A DNA stretch of 64,000 bases from Octopus sinensis (Eukaryota): contig NC_043006.1 of NCBI RefSeq assembly GCF_006345805.1, positions 32,736,001-32,800,000 of the forward strand, written 5' to 3'. Position 1 is the stretch's first letter. Each line of letters opens with the position of its first letter. This document shows, in pieces, positions 1-12,270 of the stretch. The notes below the pieces were generated by a model that saw only the letters and a program-made list of their open reading frames with translations, was not told where the DNA came from and searched no databases. The position numbers and the translations under genes are program-made.

Positions 1-570
1 GTATGTTATGTGTGTGTGTGTGTATATATACATTATATGTATGCGTACGTGTATGTGTATGCGTTGTATGTAGCGTATTGTGGGTATATATGGTACTCTA
101 TGTATGTATGTATGTAAACACTATTTATATGTATGTGTTATATATGTATATGCATTGTCTATATATATATAATATGTATGTACTGCGTATGTATATTGCA
201 TGCATATATTGTGTATGTATATTGCTTACATGCTGTATGTGTATATTGTATGTGTGTATATATATGCTAGGTGTATTTGTGTGATATTTATATTATGTAT
301 GTCGTGTGCGTGTGTGTGTGTGGTGTGTGTGTGTGTGTGTGGTGTTGTGTGTGTATGTGTGTTATATATCTGTGTATGTTATATATAGATACATATTATA
401 TTTGTGTGCTGTGGTGTATATGTGATATATGTGGGTGCGTTGTGTGTGGGTGTGTGTGTTCTGTGTGTGTGTGTTGTTTGTAGTGGTGTGTGTTTGTTCC
501 TATTTTGTTTACATGTGTGTGTGTGTTGTGTGTGTTGTTGTGTGTGGTGTGTGTGTGTATATATGTGTGT
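1..570. repeat. Degenerate mixed (TG)n/(TA)n/(TATG)n simple repeat
   Basis: Almost entirely alternating TG/TA dinucleotides; source of the spurious V/C/Y/I ORFs 3..284, 200..388 and 271..483. Confidence 0.95.
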
Positions 571-993
571 GACAAACAGACGCTATCTGACCAGCGGGCA
601 CGAAACACTCTATTCACACCCGCATACTAACCTCCTGATAACCCCAAAATCATTCATGCATAAAGGGGAAGTATACACCACATTGGCTACTTCCTCTGTT
701 CTCTCAGTTCAGCCTTTCTGCTAATCCCAACAGGTCAGTAAAAAATATTCTCGCCTTGTACTTAAAATTCTGAGAATGTATAAAAAAGCCATTCTTAATT
801 TTTGCTGTCAAAAGGCTGTATATATATACCGAAGATTGTATATATATACATGTGATGTGACAATTTGTGACAACCAATAATTAACGCAACCAATCCCAAT
901 AATATATTTGTTTATCCTTTTCTGCCAAATTTTCCCAAACATTCTCATCACACTATTGAACTTCTCTGTTACCAAACATATATCTATACATGT

Positions 994-1190
994 AATGTGA
1001 CAATTATGTATAAAAAAACATTTTTGAATTCATAATATCCAATGTGACAATTATGTAAAAACCTTTTTGAATGCATAATACTCAATGTGACAATTATGTA
1101 AAAACCTTTTTGAATGCATAATACTCAATGTGACAATTATGTAAAAACCTTTTTGAATGCATAATACTCAATGTGACAATTATGTAAAAA
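994..1190 (+). repeat. 43-bp minisatellite, about 4.5 copies
   Basis: Unit caatgtgacaattatgtaaaaacctttttgaatgcataatact at 1040, 1083 and 1126, partial at 1169, plus a diverged copy near 994. No spacers. Confidence 0.95.
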
Positions 1191-1650
1191 AAATTTTTTT
1201 GAACCCATATTATTCAATGTTCCTTAAATGTAACTTTTGACAATCTTTTACCAAAGAGTGAAACCGGTTAAGTAAATAAACATCGTTTAAATTGCATTTT
1301 CAAACCTTTTTTCTTATATATATATATATATATATATAAACAAATATATATATATACATACATACATACATATATATGTATATATGTGTATGTATGTATG
1401 TGTATATATATACAAGTTTCTTCCAGTTTCTGTTTGTAGAAGAAACATAAATCCGGAGAAAAGCAGTTAATATTATAATAGGGGAGGCCGGTTTAAAGGG
1501 TTACCCTAGGTTTTGTGTCCATAAAGTGTTTGGCCTTATGGAATATCGTCAGGCCACAAACCCGTTGGCCTAAGAACTCATCAAAATATGGGGAGGGAAA
1601 TACCTCGCTAAAGGTAAACAATAGGTGATTATCTACCTTTGCCATTTAGA

Positions 1651-1755
<105 letters not shown>

Positions 1756-1882
1756 GGTGTTTGACTGTGGAAAGAAAACTTTGAATGACCGTCCTTGTTT
1801 CTTTGTATCGTCTGGATGTTTTGCCGTCCCTTTTTGTATCACCTAGCTGTCCGGATGTTTTGCGTTCTTGTCCCATTTTGTA

Positions 1883-1924
<42 letters not shown>

Positions 1925-2259
1925 AGAAAGTGTGTGTGTGTGTGTGCGTGTGTGTGTGTTTGTTTGTATGTATATTATGTCGAATTAAGTACTTAAATTA
2001 AGGTAATCTGCTAATACGGTATAGTTCGCCCACCACAACAATATTATTTGAATATTGAATATCAAGACTTCGTGTAGGGGTGTTTGTACCTAATATTCCT
2101 AATATCCCCGCCAAGTGAAGATATCCACTCCTGATAATTCAGACACGTACGTTTTATAACAAGGCACTTTCTATAGTATTTCCGAAGGCAGATTCCAGTA
2201 CGTGAACAGAATATAATACGTAACAAAGATGTACAAATGTCAATTGTACATCTCTTTTA

Positions 2260-2345
<86 letters not shown>

Positions 2346-2379
2346 CACACAGAAACACAGTAATACCTCACTCTGCAAG

Positions 2380-3210
2380 GACCGATTTACGAGAACTCTT
2401 GTTTACGTGTTTTTTTAACAAAGGCAAAACTTTCTACCATAACAGATACTTGTGTGTGTTACTGAGAAATTTATAGAGAGCAAAAGTAAAAAGCTTCTTC
2501 TAAGCAAACAACTCTAGACTTGTTTTAAAAAAGAAATCTACAAGTCCGTCTACTAGTGCTTGTGAATCGGCGATCGCGTCTATAAATAATGGTTTGAGCG
2601 TGTCTAGTGCGAGTGAAAGTGACTCAGAAAACGATTACAATAAGAACATTTTCTATTATAAATGATCTTAACATTCCTTTTACTTTACATAAAATATTCC
2701 GTAAATTCTACTGTTAGTGCCATTTATTTACGATCATTATAAATTTTATAGATAAAACATTAGCACTATGGAAAATTATCGCTCTGCTTTACGAGTTTTC
2801 TCTTTACGAGCGGTCTCTTGGAATAAATTAACTCGCATACCGTAGCATTACAGTATATATACAGACAGGCATATGATGGCTGTCTACTTGTTAGACGAAC
2901 ATGACCATCGCTGACAGTGGCTATATGTCAGCAGCGCCCGTACAAGGGTTTCAAGTCGACTGCGATTTACAGAGCACAACAATTACTATTACAAGAAATG
3001 TGAAGACGCCCAGAAAGAAACAAAGGGCTAGATATCCAGCTAAGTTGAGCAGCTGGTTTTATAAATGAGTTTGCCTTCTCCTAGATAGATCAGTTGTCAC
3101 AGAATAGAGGTCCCTAATTGCCAGTGGGCTCACTGCGCCCTCGGAGATCAAGCCGAGTATCTATACGTCCAGGCTCATACACAGATGCATACATACATAC
3201 ATTCGTAAAT
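2380..3210. promoter_or_regulatory. Candidate enhancer/promoter: cluster of TTTACGA (posterior Hox/Cdx-type) motifs in non-repetitive DNA
   Basis: TTTACGA at about 2386, 2727, 2788, 2803 and on the minus strand at 3203; three read TTTACGAG (=CTCGTAAA). TATAAATA at 2581. Function is inferred from motifs only. Confidence 0.3.
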
Positions 3211-3270
3211 GCAAACATACATATGTGTGTGTGTATAGTTCTCCTTATCTATACATATACATAAATATAT

Positions 3271-3274
<4 letters not shown>

Positions 3275-3328
<54 letters not shown>

Positions 3329-3342
3329 AAGAGAGAGAGAGT
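3275..3342. repeat. (GA)n microsatellite
   Basis: Direct reading. Confidence 0.95.
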
Positions 3343-4544
3343 AAAATTCGGTAGCTAATGAAATCATGTCAACAAACGTTTCTGGTGGTGAACATTAGAT
3401 ATAAACACACTTGACTTGACTTTCAGGAGGCAACCAAGTTGAATGTTTTCTAGACATTTTATTGTATTTGAAACTGCTATAGAAATTTGTTTGAAGCTTT
3501 ATTGTGATAAGCAGGTATTATCCAATATCGAACGGTCACTGGAGAGGGGAGAAGCAAAATGTAAGAAAGGAAATCGAGAAGAGTATTTGGTCTCTGACGC
3601 GAAGTCAGCCCCATATTGATGGTGTGAATTATCTTTATTGATAAAATGTTGGAATAATTTTGCACTGTCCAGAAGAACAAGTATGGTAATCCACTCTGGA
3701 TAAATTCTTTTATCGAATAACCCAATAACCTTCTATTCTTGCTGTTTCTTCTTCAATAATAGAAGAACCAGATGACAATCCCGCAGAAGAAAGAATTTAT
3801 CCTAAGGGATTTTGAAGAAATTACTTCTGAATAATTTCCCTCTCGCCTTTTTGTTTACTCTGCTGAAACATCCAACCATTTTCAAATGAGAAATTCTACG
3901 ATTATTCAGTGACTAATTTATTATTATTTCTTTTTGTGGCTCTCAATGAATTTTACTGTGCATGCACCTGCATCTCATTGATGCATGATGCTCAAACATT
4001 ATTTTGAAGTATTTCACTTTAATGAACACTTTCTAATCTAAAATAATAATTAAAAAAGTATATGCCAGAAAGAGCAAAACTGACAGGAAGTTATTCATTT
4101 ATTACAATATATTCTTCTCAAATTAAAAATGATTTATTAATTTCCAGTTGTATAACACCTATTCATTTTATAAATGTTTATATAAATATCTATTAGAATC
4201 TACGGAGTGCATTTGCAGAGTTGTCAGTCTTGGATCAAGTACCTCGCGGTGTTTGTTCTCTCTTTCTGCCACTGTGTACAAACACGCCGCGGTTAACTTT
4301 GCTCTTCATCTTTTCGAGGTGATACAAGTCCAGATCCGGTGGACTGACCGTAGTGTTAAGAGTGAGGAATAGGACTTGTGATATCTGTAACAGTTCTGTG
4401 TCTTCTAAGTTCAAATAACATCTCGTGGCTGGCAAAACAATCACTCTTCTAGCGAAAGACAGACCAACTGAAACAGAATTTCCTTCTTTCAGTTGGAAGA
4501 TCGACAGACAATATCAGTTTATAACTTCGAAACAGATCTTTAAA

Positions 4545-4690
4545 ATGACGATGAGCTGGCAGAAACGTTAAGAGTGACAGAGAAGAAAGTGAGATTCTTG
4601 ATTTGTTTCGGCAATTAACATTCTCAGATAGAATCCTGCCGAAGTCAACTTAGTTTTTCGATCTCTCGCGGTCGATAAAACCGTCCCAAT
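4545..4690 (+). mobile_element. Degraded SINE (family A) fragments
   Basis: gagctggcagaaacgtta head; diverged gccgaagtcaactt...gtcgataaaa body. Confidence 0.55.
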
Positions 4691-4815
4691 CAGAAATCAT
4701 TAATACATATACCAGCGTGAACATAAACACAGTCATGGACACATACGCTCACATTCAGACACATGTTGTATGTATATATTGGGTATATATGTATATATAT
4801 ATAATATATATATAT

Positions 4816-4863
<48 letters not shown>

Positions 4864-4891
4864 TTTATTTTAAGCAGCAGAAAATTCAACA

Positions 4892-4935
4892 AAATCTATT
4901 ACTCTGAGTTTCTCGTTGCCGTTCATCAGCAGTTT
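4892..4935 (-). ncRNA. Type I hammerhead ribozyme-like motif (left arm)
   Basis: Minus strand reads aaaaactg-CTGATGA-a-cg-gcaa-cg-a-GAAAC-tcaga-GTA-atagatttt. Confidence 0.6.
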
Positions 4936-6664
4936 TTGCTAGAATGGAACATATATATTAATTCAATCTATACTCTTACAAACGCTACACCTTTAAAAAG
5001 AAATGGACTTGTTTGATTGGCCCTTTAGAAAAAAACGGTCAATCTTCGAGCGATAAACAAAAAGGTCAAAAATATATGTATATATATAAAAAAAACTTAT
5101 AAAAATTATTAAAATTATAAAATCCGAGGAAAAAACCGAGGAAAAAACTATTAGCCGTTAATGAAGACAGTACAAATTAATGCATAGAAATTAACCTGTT
5201 ATAAATACTGCAATACATATTTATATTAAAATCCACATATATATATATCAACATACACAAAAGGATGCGCGTAAACGCCATACATACATATACAGACGTA
5301 TGAATATGAATCTAAATTATACACATAAAAGCATGTGTACATATATTCACGCAAACCGTCTCGCACGCAAGCTAAAATTCATCTATGTAGCAATTCTCAT
5401 ATACTGAGCAAGGAGGGGGAACGAAAGAAAGGGAAAGAGAGAAAAAGGAACGAAAGAGGGGGGGGAAACTTGTAGCGATGTTATTGGCATCTATAGAGGC
5501 CAGTATACATACACAAGTTTGAATGATACATATACATACCGTGTGTGTATGCGTGCTTAAGCACAAGCATACTTTCACTTACACATACACAGATACGCAT
5601 GCTTACAAATACATATGCTTTGCTATACACAAACTTATATAAACATTCTAAATTTGACAACATTGCTTTTTAAAAAAAACATTGCTTTAAAAAATGGGTG
5701 CATTAATAAAAATATATACGAAAGACATATAAAATAAAATATAACATCCTATTTTGGGTCATTTATAAATAATCAAGGTAATATAAATAATCCTATTGCA
5801 TAGGATACCTTGGATTATATTATATTACCTTGATTATTTATAAATGACCCAAATAGGATGTTATATTTATTTTATATGTCTTTTATATATTTTTATTAAT
5901 GCACCCATTTTTTAAAGCAATGTTTTTTAAAAAAGCAATGTTGTCAAATTTAGAATGTTATATAAGTTTGTGTATAGCAAAGCATATGTATTTGTAAGCA
6001 TGCGTATCTGTGTATGTGTAAGTGAAAGTATGCTTGTGCTTAAGCACGCATACACACGACGGTATGTATATGTATCAATTCAACTTGTGTATATATACTG
6101 GCTCTATAGATGCCAATAACATCGCTACAAGTTTCCCCCCCCTCTCTTCGTTCCTTTTTCTCTCTTTCCCTTTCTTTCGTTCCCCCTCCTTGCTCAGTAT
6201 ATGAGAATTGCTACATAGATGAATTTTAGCTTGCGTGCGAGACGGTTTGCGTGAATATATGTACACATGCTTTTATGTGTATAATTTAGATTCATATTCA
6301 TACGTCTGTATATGTATGTATGGCGTTTACGCGCATCCTTTTGTGTATGTTGATATATATATATGTGGATTTTAATATAAATATGTATTGCAGTATTTTA
6401 TAACAGGTTAATTTCTATGCATTAATTTGTACTGTCTTCATTAACGGCAATAGGTTTTTTCCTCGGTTTTTTCTCGGATTTTATAATTTTTATAATTTTT
6501 ATAAGTTTTTTTATATATATATACATATATTTTTGACCTTTTTGTTTATCGCTCGAAGATTGACCGTTTTTTCTAAAGGGCCAATCAAACAAGTCCATTC
6601 TTTTTAAAGGTGTAGCGTTTGTAAGAGTATAGATTGAATTAATATATATGTTCCATTCTAGCAA

Positions 6665-6708
6665 AAACTGTCTGATGAACGGCAACGAGAACTCAGAGTA
6701 ACAGATTT
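6665..6708 (+). ncRNA. Type I hammerhead ribozyme-like motif (right arm)
   Basis: aaactgt-CTGATGA-acggcaacga-GAAC-tcaga-GTA-acagattt. Helix I is CTGT/ACAG plus AAA/TTT; helix III is the palindrome ACTC-A-GAGT; one A of GAAA is missing in this arm. Confidence 0.6.
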
Positions 6709-6826
6709 GTTGAATTTCTGCTGCTTAAAATAAAGCATATTACTCTACCACTGGTATTTGAGTACTCTTTTTTCCACCTTGTTTCACATTTATGTGTTTA
6801 CCCGGTATATATATATATATATATAT

Positions 6827-6884
<58 letters not shown>

Positions 6885-7299
6885 TGTATATATAGATATA
6901 TAGCTATATGTACACACATACATATATATATGTGTACACACACACACACACACACCAACACACACACACACACACAATTATATATATATTATATATATAT
7001 AATATATATATGCATATATATATATACCATAAAAAAATTCTGGTGCATCTAGGTTAAATACCATATTCTTTTGAATCTAAATTGTTTTGCTGAAATTATA
7101 TGCATATATATATATATACATACATATGCAATATATATATAATTGTGTGTATGTATGGATGGATAGATGTATGATTGTATGTATGGATGTATGTATGAAT
7201 GTATGTATGAATGTGTGTAATATGCCGATAAATCATAAGAAAGACTAGTCATAGTTCAGTATTTTTCAGTGCTTTGGCGTTATCTGCTATCTACTATAA

Positions 7300-7400
7300 C
7301 TTCGCCTGAAGTAATAGTAGAAGACGGTTGCCCAAGGTGTAGCGCAGTAGGAGTGAACCGAGAATGATGTGGTTAGAAATAAAGTTTCTTACTACATTGC
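7300..7400 (-). mobile_element. SINE family B 5' fragment
   Basis: gtagaagacggttgcccaaggtgtagcgcagtaggagtgaacc matches the family B head on the minus strand. Confidence 0.65.
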
Positions 7401-7710
7401 ATCTCTAAGTTGTCTTCATCTCATCTTATCTATAAGATTCTGAACTATCTTCTCGGCACAAGAAAGAATTTGTATCAATGTAAGGAGAAAGTGATGGTCA
7501 CTCAATCCAATGGGATTCAGTTGTGTGGTCAAGACAATGCTTGCTCATTGCTAGAATTGAACAAGGTTGACATATCATCCATTTCTAAAGTGAAACATCA
7601 ATGATTTGGAGAAAACCCTAGGAAAAAACCCCAATATTTTACAGTATCTGGTTTTACCCATCAACATTCTCCGTTCGTATGCCATTGGCATCAAATTTGT
7701 TTTATGTATA

Positions 7711-8232
7711 TTCTTTCCTACTCTAGGCACTAAGCCCGAAATTTTGGGGGAGAGAGCCTGTCGATTAGATCGACCCCAGTACGCAACTCGTACTTAATTA
7801 ATCGACCCCGAAATACCTATTTCTTTACTACCCACAAGTATCTAAACACAGAAAGGACAAACAAGGACAGACAAACGGATTAAGTCGATTATATCGACCC
7901 CAGTGCGTAACTGGTACTTATTTAATTGACCCCGAAAGGATGAAAGGCAAAGTCGACCTCAGCGGAATTTGAACTCAGAACGTATCGGCAGACGAAATAC
8001 CTATTGCTTTATTGCCCACAAAGAGCTAAACATAGAGGGGACAAACAAGGACAGGCAAAGGGATTAAGTCGATTAGATCGACCCCAGTGCGTAACTGGTT
8101 CTTAATTTATCGACCCCGAAAGGATGAAAGGCAAAGTCGACCTCGGCGTAATTTGAACTCAGAACGTAGCGGCAGACGAAATATCGCTACGCATTTCGCC
8201 CGGCGTGCTAACGTTTCTGCCAGTTCACTGCC
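7711..8232 (-). mobile_element. tRNA-derived SINE family A (Meta-domain-like core), trimeric copy
   Basis: Head at 8232, then two 184-bp body+tailA units (junctions 7998 and 7814), then a partial body and tailB. Core ccgaggtcgactttgcctttcatcctttcggggtcgataaattaagtaccag. Approximate 17-bp TSD at 7696-7712 / 8234-8250. Confidence 0.9.
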
Positions 8233-9196
8233 TTTCGTGTTATGTTTATTGGAATGTGTCTGTTATATATTGAATTCGGTTATGTCCGCTAAGACCTGTA
8301 TTTTCAATATATGTTTGAATTTAATGTAATTAGTTTGTGAAAACTTCCCTCGATTCTAGAGAGCAATTTAAATTCTCTTAATGATACAGTTTCCAGCTAC
8401 GTTTCTTAGAAAGAACAGCAATGAAATAAACGATACATTGAAGCGAAAATGTAATTGTTTTCTTTCTTTTTTCATTGAAGTATTTGAAAGAAAAGATAAT
8501 TTCTTTATTTAGCGAGTTGACGAAACTCATTTTTCTTAACGGTTCATTACCCAAAAGGCAGGCATCACTTTTCGCATCTCTAAGAAACATGGTTGCATTA
8601 AGATTCAGCTTGCTTAATATAATTATCAAAAATTTCGATATCAAAATTACATAGTGGAATCCAATCCTGAAACCATTAAACAAAATTGAACGATTTAAAT
8701 ATAATTAAGACTTCCGCAATGAGCTGATATCAATATTATCTTTAATGCATTCCTGGAGATTTCATCTTCGAGTGCAGAGAAACCTGAGATCCTGAAACGC
8801 GCCAGGATCAAAATTCTGTGTACAGTTAAAATAAATCGCGATTTATATTTTCATCTTCGTTCACCGAGCTTTAATAATAATAATATCCACAGCTGTCAAA
8901 TTTTATCTTCACCGTATTAATGTGCAGTGAGGCTGCTACTACTTGATATAGCATAATTTCATTTGAACCACCCAAGTAGAAGATATCCCAAAATCGTACG
9001 GTGGTTCTTTAAATATCTTACATTATTTAATTATAACGACTTCACCTTTTTCTTTCTGTATTCGATAATTACTAATCAAGTCCAGTATCGATTCAACCGA
9101 AATATTCGTTTTTCCTTCTTACTTGCTTCAGTCATTGGACTGTGGCCATGCTGGGGCATCGCCTTCAACTGTTTAATCATACAAATATATATATAT

Positions 9197-9428
9197 ATTT
9201 CTTTACTGCCCACAAGGGGCTAAACATAGAAGGGACGAACAAGGACAGACAAAGGGATTAAGTCGATTACATCGACCCCAGTGCGTAACTGGTACTTAAT
9301 TTATCGACCCCGAAAGGATGAAAGGCAAAGTCGACCTCGGCGGATTTTGAACCCAGAACACTTAACGGCAGACGAAATACGGCTAAGCATTTCGCCCGGC
9401 GTGCTAACGTTTCTGCCAGCTCGCCGCC
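9197..9428 (-). mobile_element. SINE family A monomer (tailA)
   Basis: Full head, body and tailA. Confidence 0.9.
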
Positions 9429-9899
9429 CTAATATATATATATATATATATTTGTATGGATCAAAGAATTTGATTCAAATACGTTGGTATATTTGGATTT
9501 CAAGAGCGATGCTAGTCTTCAGCCATTTTAAATTTGTGTATATATTATGCATATATATTAGTGTGTATATTATAAATATGTATGTATAAGTATATATATA
9601 TTTGTATATATATATATGTATATATATGTATATGTATATAAATATATATGTATATATATATGTATATGTGTATATATATATATCTTTTCTATATATATAT
9701 ATATATGTGTGTGTATGTATGTAAATATATATATATATATATAAATTTAACTCTATAGTAACCTTATTGCCTCCCTCTATATATTTTTCATTTTTTACTG
9801 GTTTCAGCCCAGACCACATGTCTCTCTCACTCACTCCGTATACACACACACATACACACACACACACATACAGACATAAATATTTCGTCTTTTGCAATC

Positions 9900-10180
9900 T
9901 TTTTATTAAAATGCGAATGGGTTATGCGACACAGACTCAATGATGCGTTCTTGAGCAAGACACTTCATTTCACGTTGCACAAGTCTTGTCTGCTATGGGC
10001 TGTATCTGTATTTCAAAGGGGCAGCCTTGTAACACTCTGTGTCACGCTGAATCTCTCTGAGAATTGCGTTAAGAGCACGCTTGTCTCTGGAGTACTCAGC
10101 CACTTGTACGTTAATTTCACGAACATACTGTTCAGCTGGTCGCGTCGACTGGAACAGTCGTCGTTGTGAGCGACGGAGGA
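9900..10180 (+). mobile_element. Diverged SINE, different family
   Basis: gttcttgagcaagacacttcatttcacg...ggggcagccttgtaacactctgtgtcacgctgaatctc is typical SINE body sequence. Confidence 0.55.
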
Positions 10181-10744
10181 CCAGGTTTCGTTTTGTTATA
10201 TACTTTAAACATAGATAAAGATTATTCTTTTAATGACTATGTACTTGTCTCTCCCAATATTCTTGACAGAAATTTATTTGAAATTATAATATTAGGCACA
10301 AGATGACTAGAGGCATTACAATTAAGCTTCAAGCAGTCTTACATTGTTGGGCTTGTAAGTGAAGTTTTCATCGATAACAGGCGGAGTCACATACAGAGAT
10401 TTTAAAGACTTTTACATGAAAAGGCGCCATGTTTATTGCTAGTTGCCTGTCAGATTAATGTATTATTGGTAGTATATAGAATGAATAGTCTAGCAGATCT
10501 TCTAGATATCATAAATTTACGTTTAAATCCGTGAGTAAATATATATGAATCGTTATCGTTAAGTATAGCAATAAACAACAATTTGCAGTTTTAAACAATT
10601 GAAGAATGAATTATGCACACACACCCATTCAAACTATACATATACATACTACACACATACATACATCATATGCACTTAATTAAAGCTATAACAGATGCAC
10701 ATACACTTATACACAGAAGAACATATATAAATGATATATATTCG

Positions 10745-10956
10745 TTTCTACTCTAGGCACAAGGCCCGAAGTTTTTGTGGAGGGGGGGGCAGTCGATTAG
10801 ATCGATCCGAGTATGCAACAGGTACTTGATTTATCGACCCCGAAAGGCTAAAATGCAAAGTCGACCTCGGCGGAATTTGGCCTCAGAACGTAAAGACAGA
10901 CGAAATGCCGCTAAGCATTTCGCCCGGCGTGCTAACGTTTATACTGGCTCGCCGCC
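10745..10956 (-). mobile_element. SINE family A monomer (tailB)
   Basis: ctactctaggcacaaggcccgaa tail plus body and head. Confidence 0.9.
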
Positions 10957-11044
10957 CTGTGAATAATATATATTAAGATATATATATATTGTTATGTTTT
11001 ATTATTATTATAATATATGTGTATATATATGTATATATATATAT

Positions 11045-11124
<80 letters not shown>

Positions 11125-11182
11125 TGTGTGTGTATGTGTGTGTATACATATTTCTAACTATCTATCTATCTATACACATATA

Positions 11183-11351
11183 GATCCCTTCTCTTCTCTG
11201 GATCTTTCCTTCTCCTATGTTTCCGACGAAGAGCTCCGCTCGAAACGTTAAACCCGCCTTCTTTCCTTCTTTCCTGAGCGTCCAATAATACTATATCTGT
11301 TCCACGTCCTCGCGATGTTGTGTTTTTTGTGCTTTCTGTTTGGATTTGGAT

Positions 11352-11353
<2 letters not shown>
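11183..11353 (+). mobile_element. Short PLE-derived element, subtype 2, with HHR variant at 11219-11253
   Basis: GTTT-CCGACGA-A-GAGC-tcc-GCTC-GAAAC-GTT-AAAC; embedded in (TA)n; its 3' half recurs at 41261-41350 on the minus strand. Confidence 0.7.
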
Positions 11354-11421
<68 letters not shown>

Positions 11422-11609
11422 GTTGGAATTTACAAAAAGAAACAAAACGAAAGACGGGTGTGTAAACAACAGATGTATAAATTTAACGGACAGGAAGTGA
11501 GAAAGTCTTTTACGTTACGAGCCTAAGCTCTTCAACAGAAAGGAACGCATAAATAAGCAGAGAGAGAAAATTAAAGAAAAGGTTTAGTGTCTAGCGATCA
11601 ATCATGGCG
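11422..11609 (-). mobile_element. Short PLE-derived element, subtype 1, with HHR variant at 11507-11542
   Basis: Minus strand CTTT-CTGTTGA-A-GAGC-ttag-GCTC-GTAAC-GTA-AAAG; same family as 15252, 30255, 48639 and 54533. Confidence 0.7.
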
Positions 11610-11639
11610 CATATATCTTAGAATGTGACGTATTTCGAT

Positions 11640-12270
11640 TTAACTCGTAATGAGCAATTCTTAATACAGCCCATATATTGTGAAGTATAATTAAAATCAT
11701 ACTTTATAAGAAAATTCAGTTTTATACAATTGGTTCTTGTGAGCACTTTTTATGAGCTGTACGTAATGAAGAATCCGTATCTGGATATTTCAACTAAAAA
11801 TATTTCTATTCCGTCTCAGGATTTTGACATGGAAGCCTTGCTACATGAAATGACCGAATTCATTAATAGGCTCAGATGGAAAGCTTTCTCCTTTGACAAG
11901 TGTAGGGATGATGACCGAAATGCGGAATTACATGAACGCTTCTCTAACATTTCCTTTTGGAAGTCCTTACTCGGGAATTTTATCTCTATATTTGTCACTT
12001 CTCCATCCGGTGCCTGAACCCAACGTACATGATGCATAGTGTTCACATATAATTTTGATATGCAATTTGATTCATTTATTTATATAAATTTATATGGATA
12101 TTGAGTTGGTTGTGTGATTTAAATTATGCTTTGGAATATGTATTGATTGCCTACATGTGTTCCTTCTATAATTTCTCTTATCCATCGATTTAGCTCGCAA
12201 TGCGCACTTCTTAATACAACCCATATATTGTAAAGTGTACTTAAAAACATATTTCATCATAAAATTCAAG
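11640..12270 (+). mobile_element. Penelope-like element 5' remnant
   Basis: ORF 11730..12017 contains ISTKNISIPSQ...MTEFINRLRWKAF, resembling the STKNIPIPS...FIKRMRWKA N-terminus of PLE proteins. Direct repeat ttcttaatacaXcccatatattgt at about 11658 and 12209. Confidence 0.65.

Larger units (their letters stand above)
4863..6735. repeat. 1.87-kb fold-back palindrome, arms about 930 bp, probably Penelope-derived
   Basis: 4863 ctttattttaagcagcag... is the reverse complement of ...ctgctgcttaaaataaag 6735, and the match continues inward to the centre atcctat-tgc-ataggat (5790-5806). The arms differ mainly by single-base indels. Confidence 0.95.

Noticed and set aside
3-724. ORFs rich in YI, VC, HT or poly-I throughout the window (e.g. 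44874..45395, 50906..51352)
   Set aside because: Translations of (TA)n, (TG)n and (TAA)n microsatellites.
994-1190. CRISPR-like regular repeats
   Set aside because: Contiguous identical 43-bp units, no unique spacers, no cas genes, eukaryotic context: a minisatellite.
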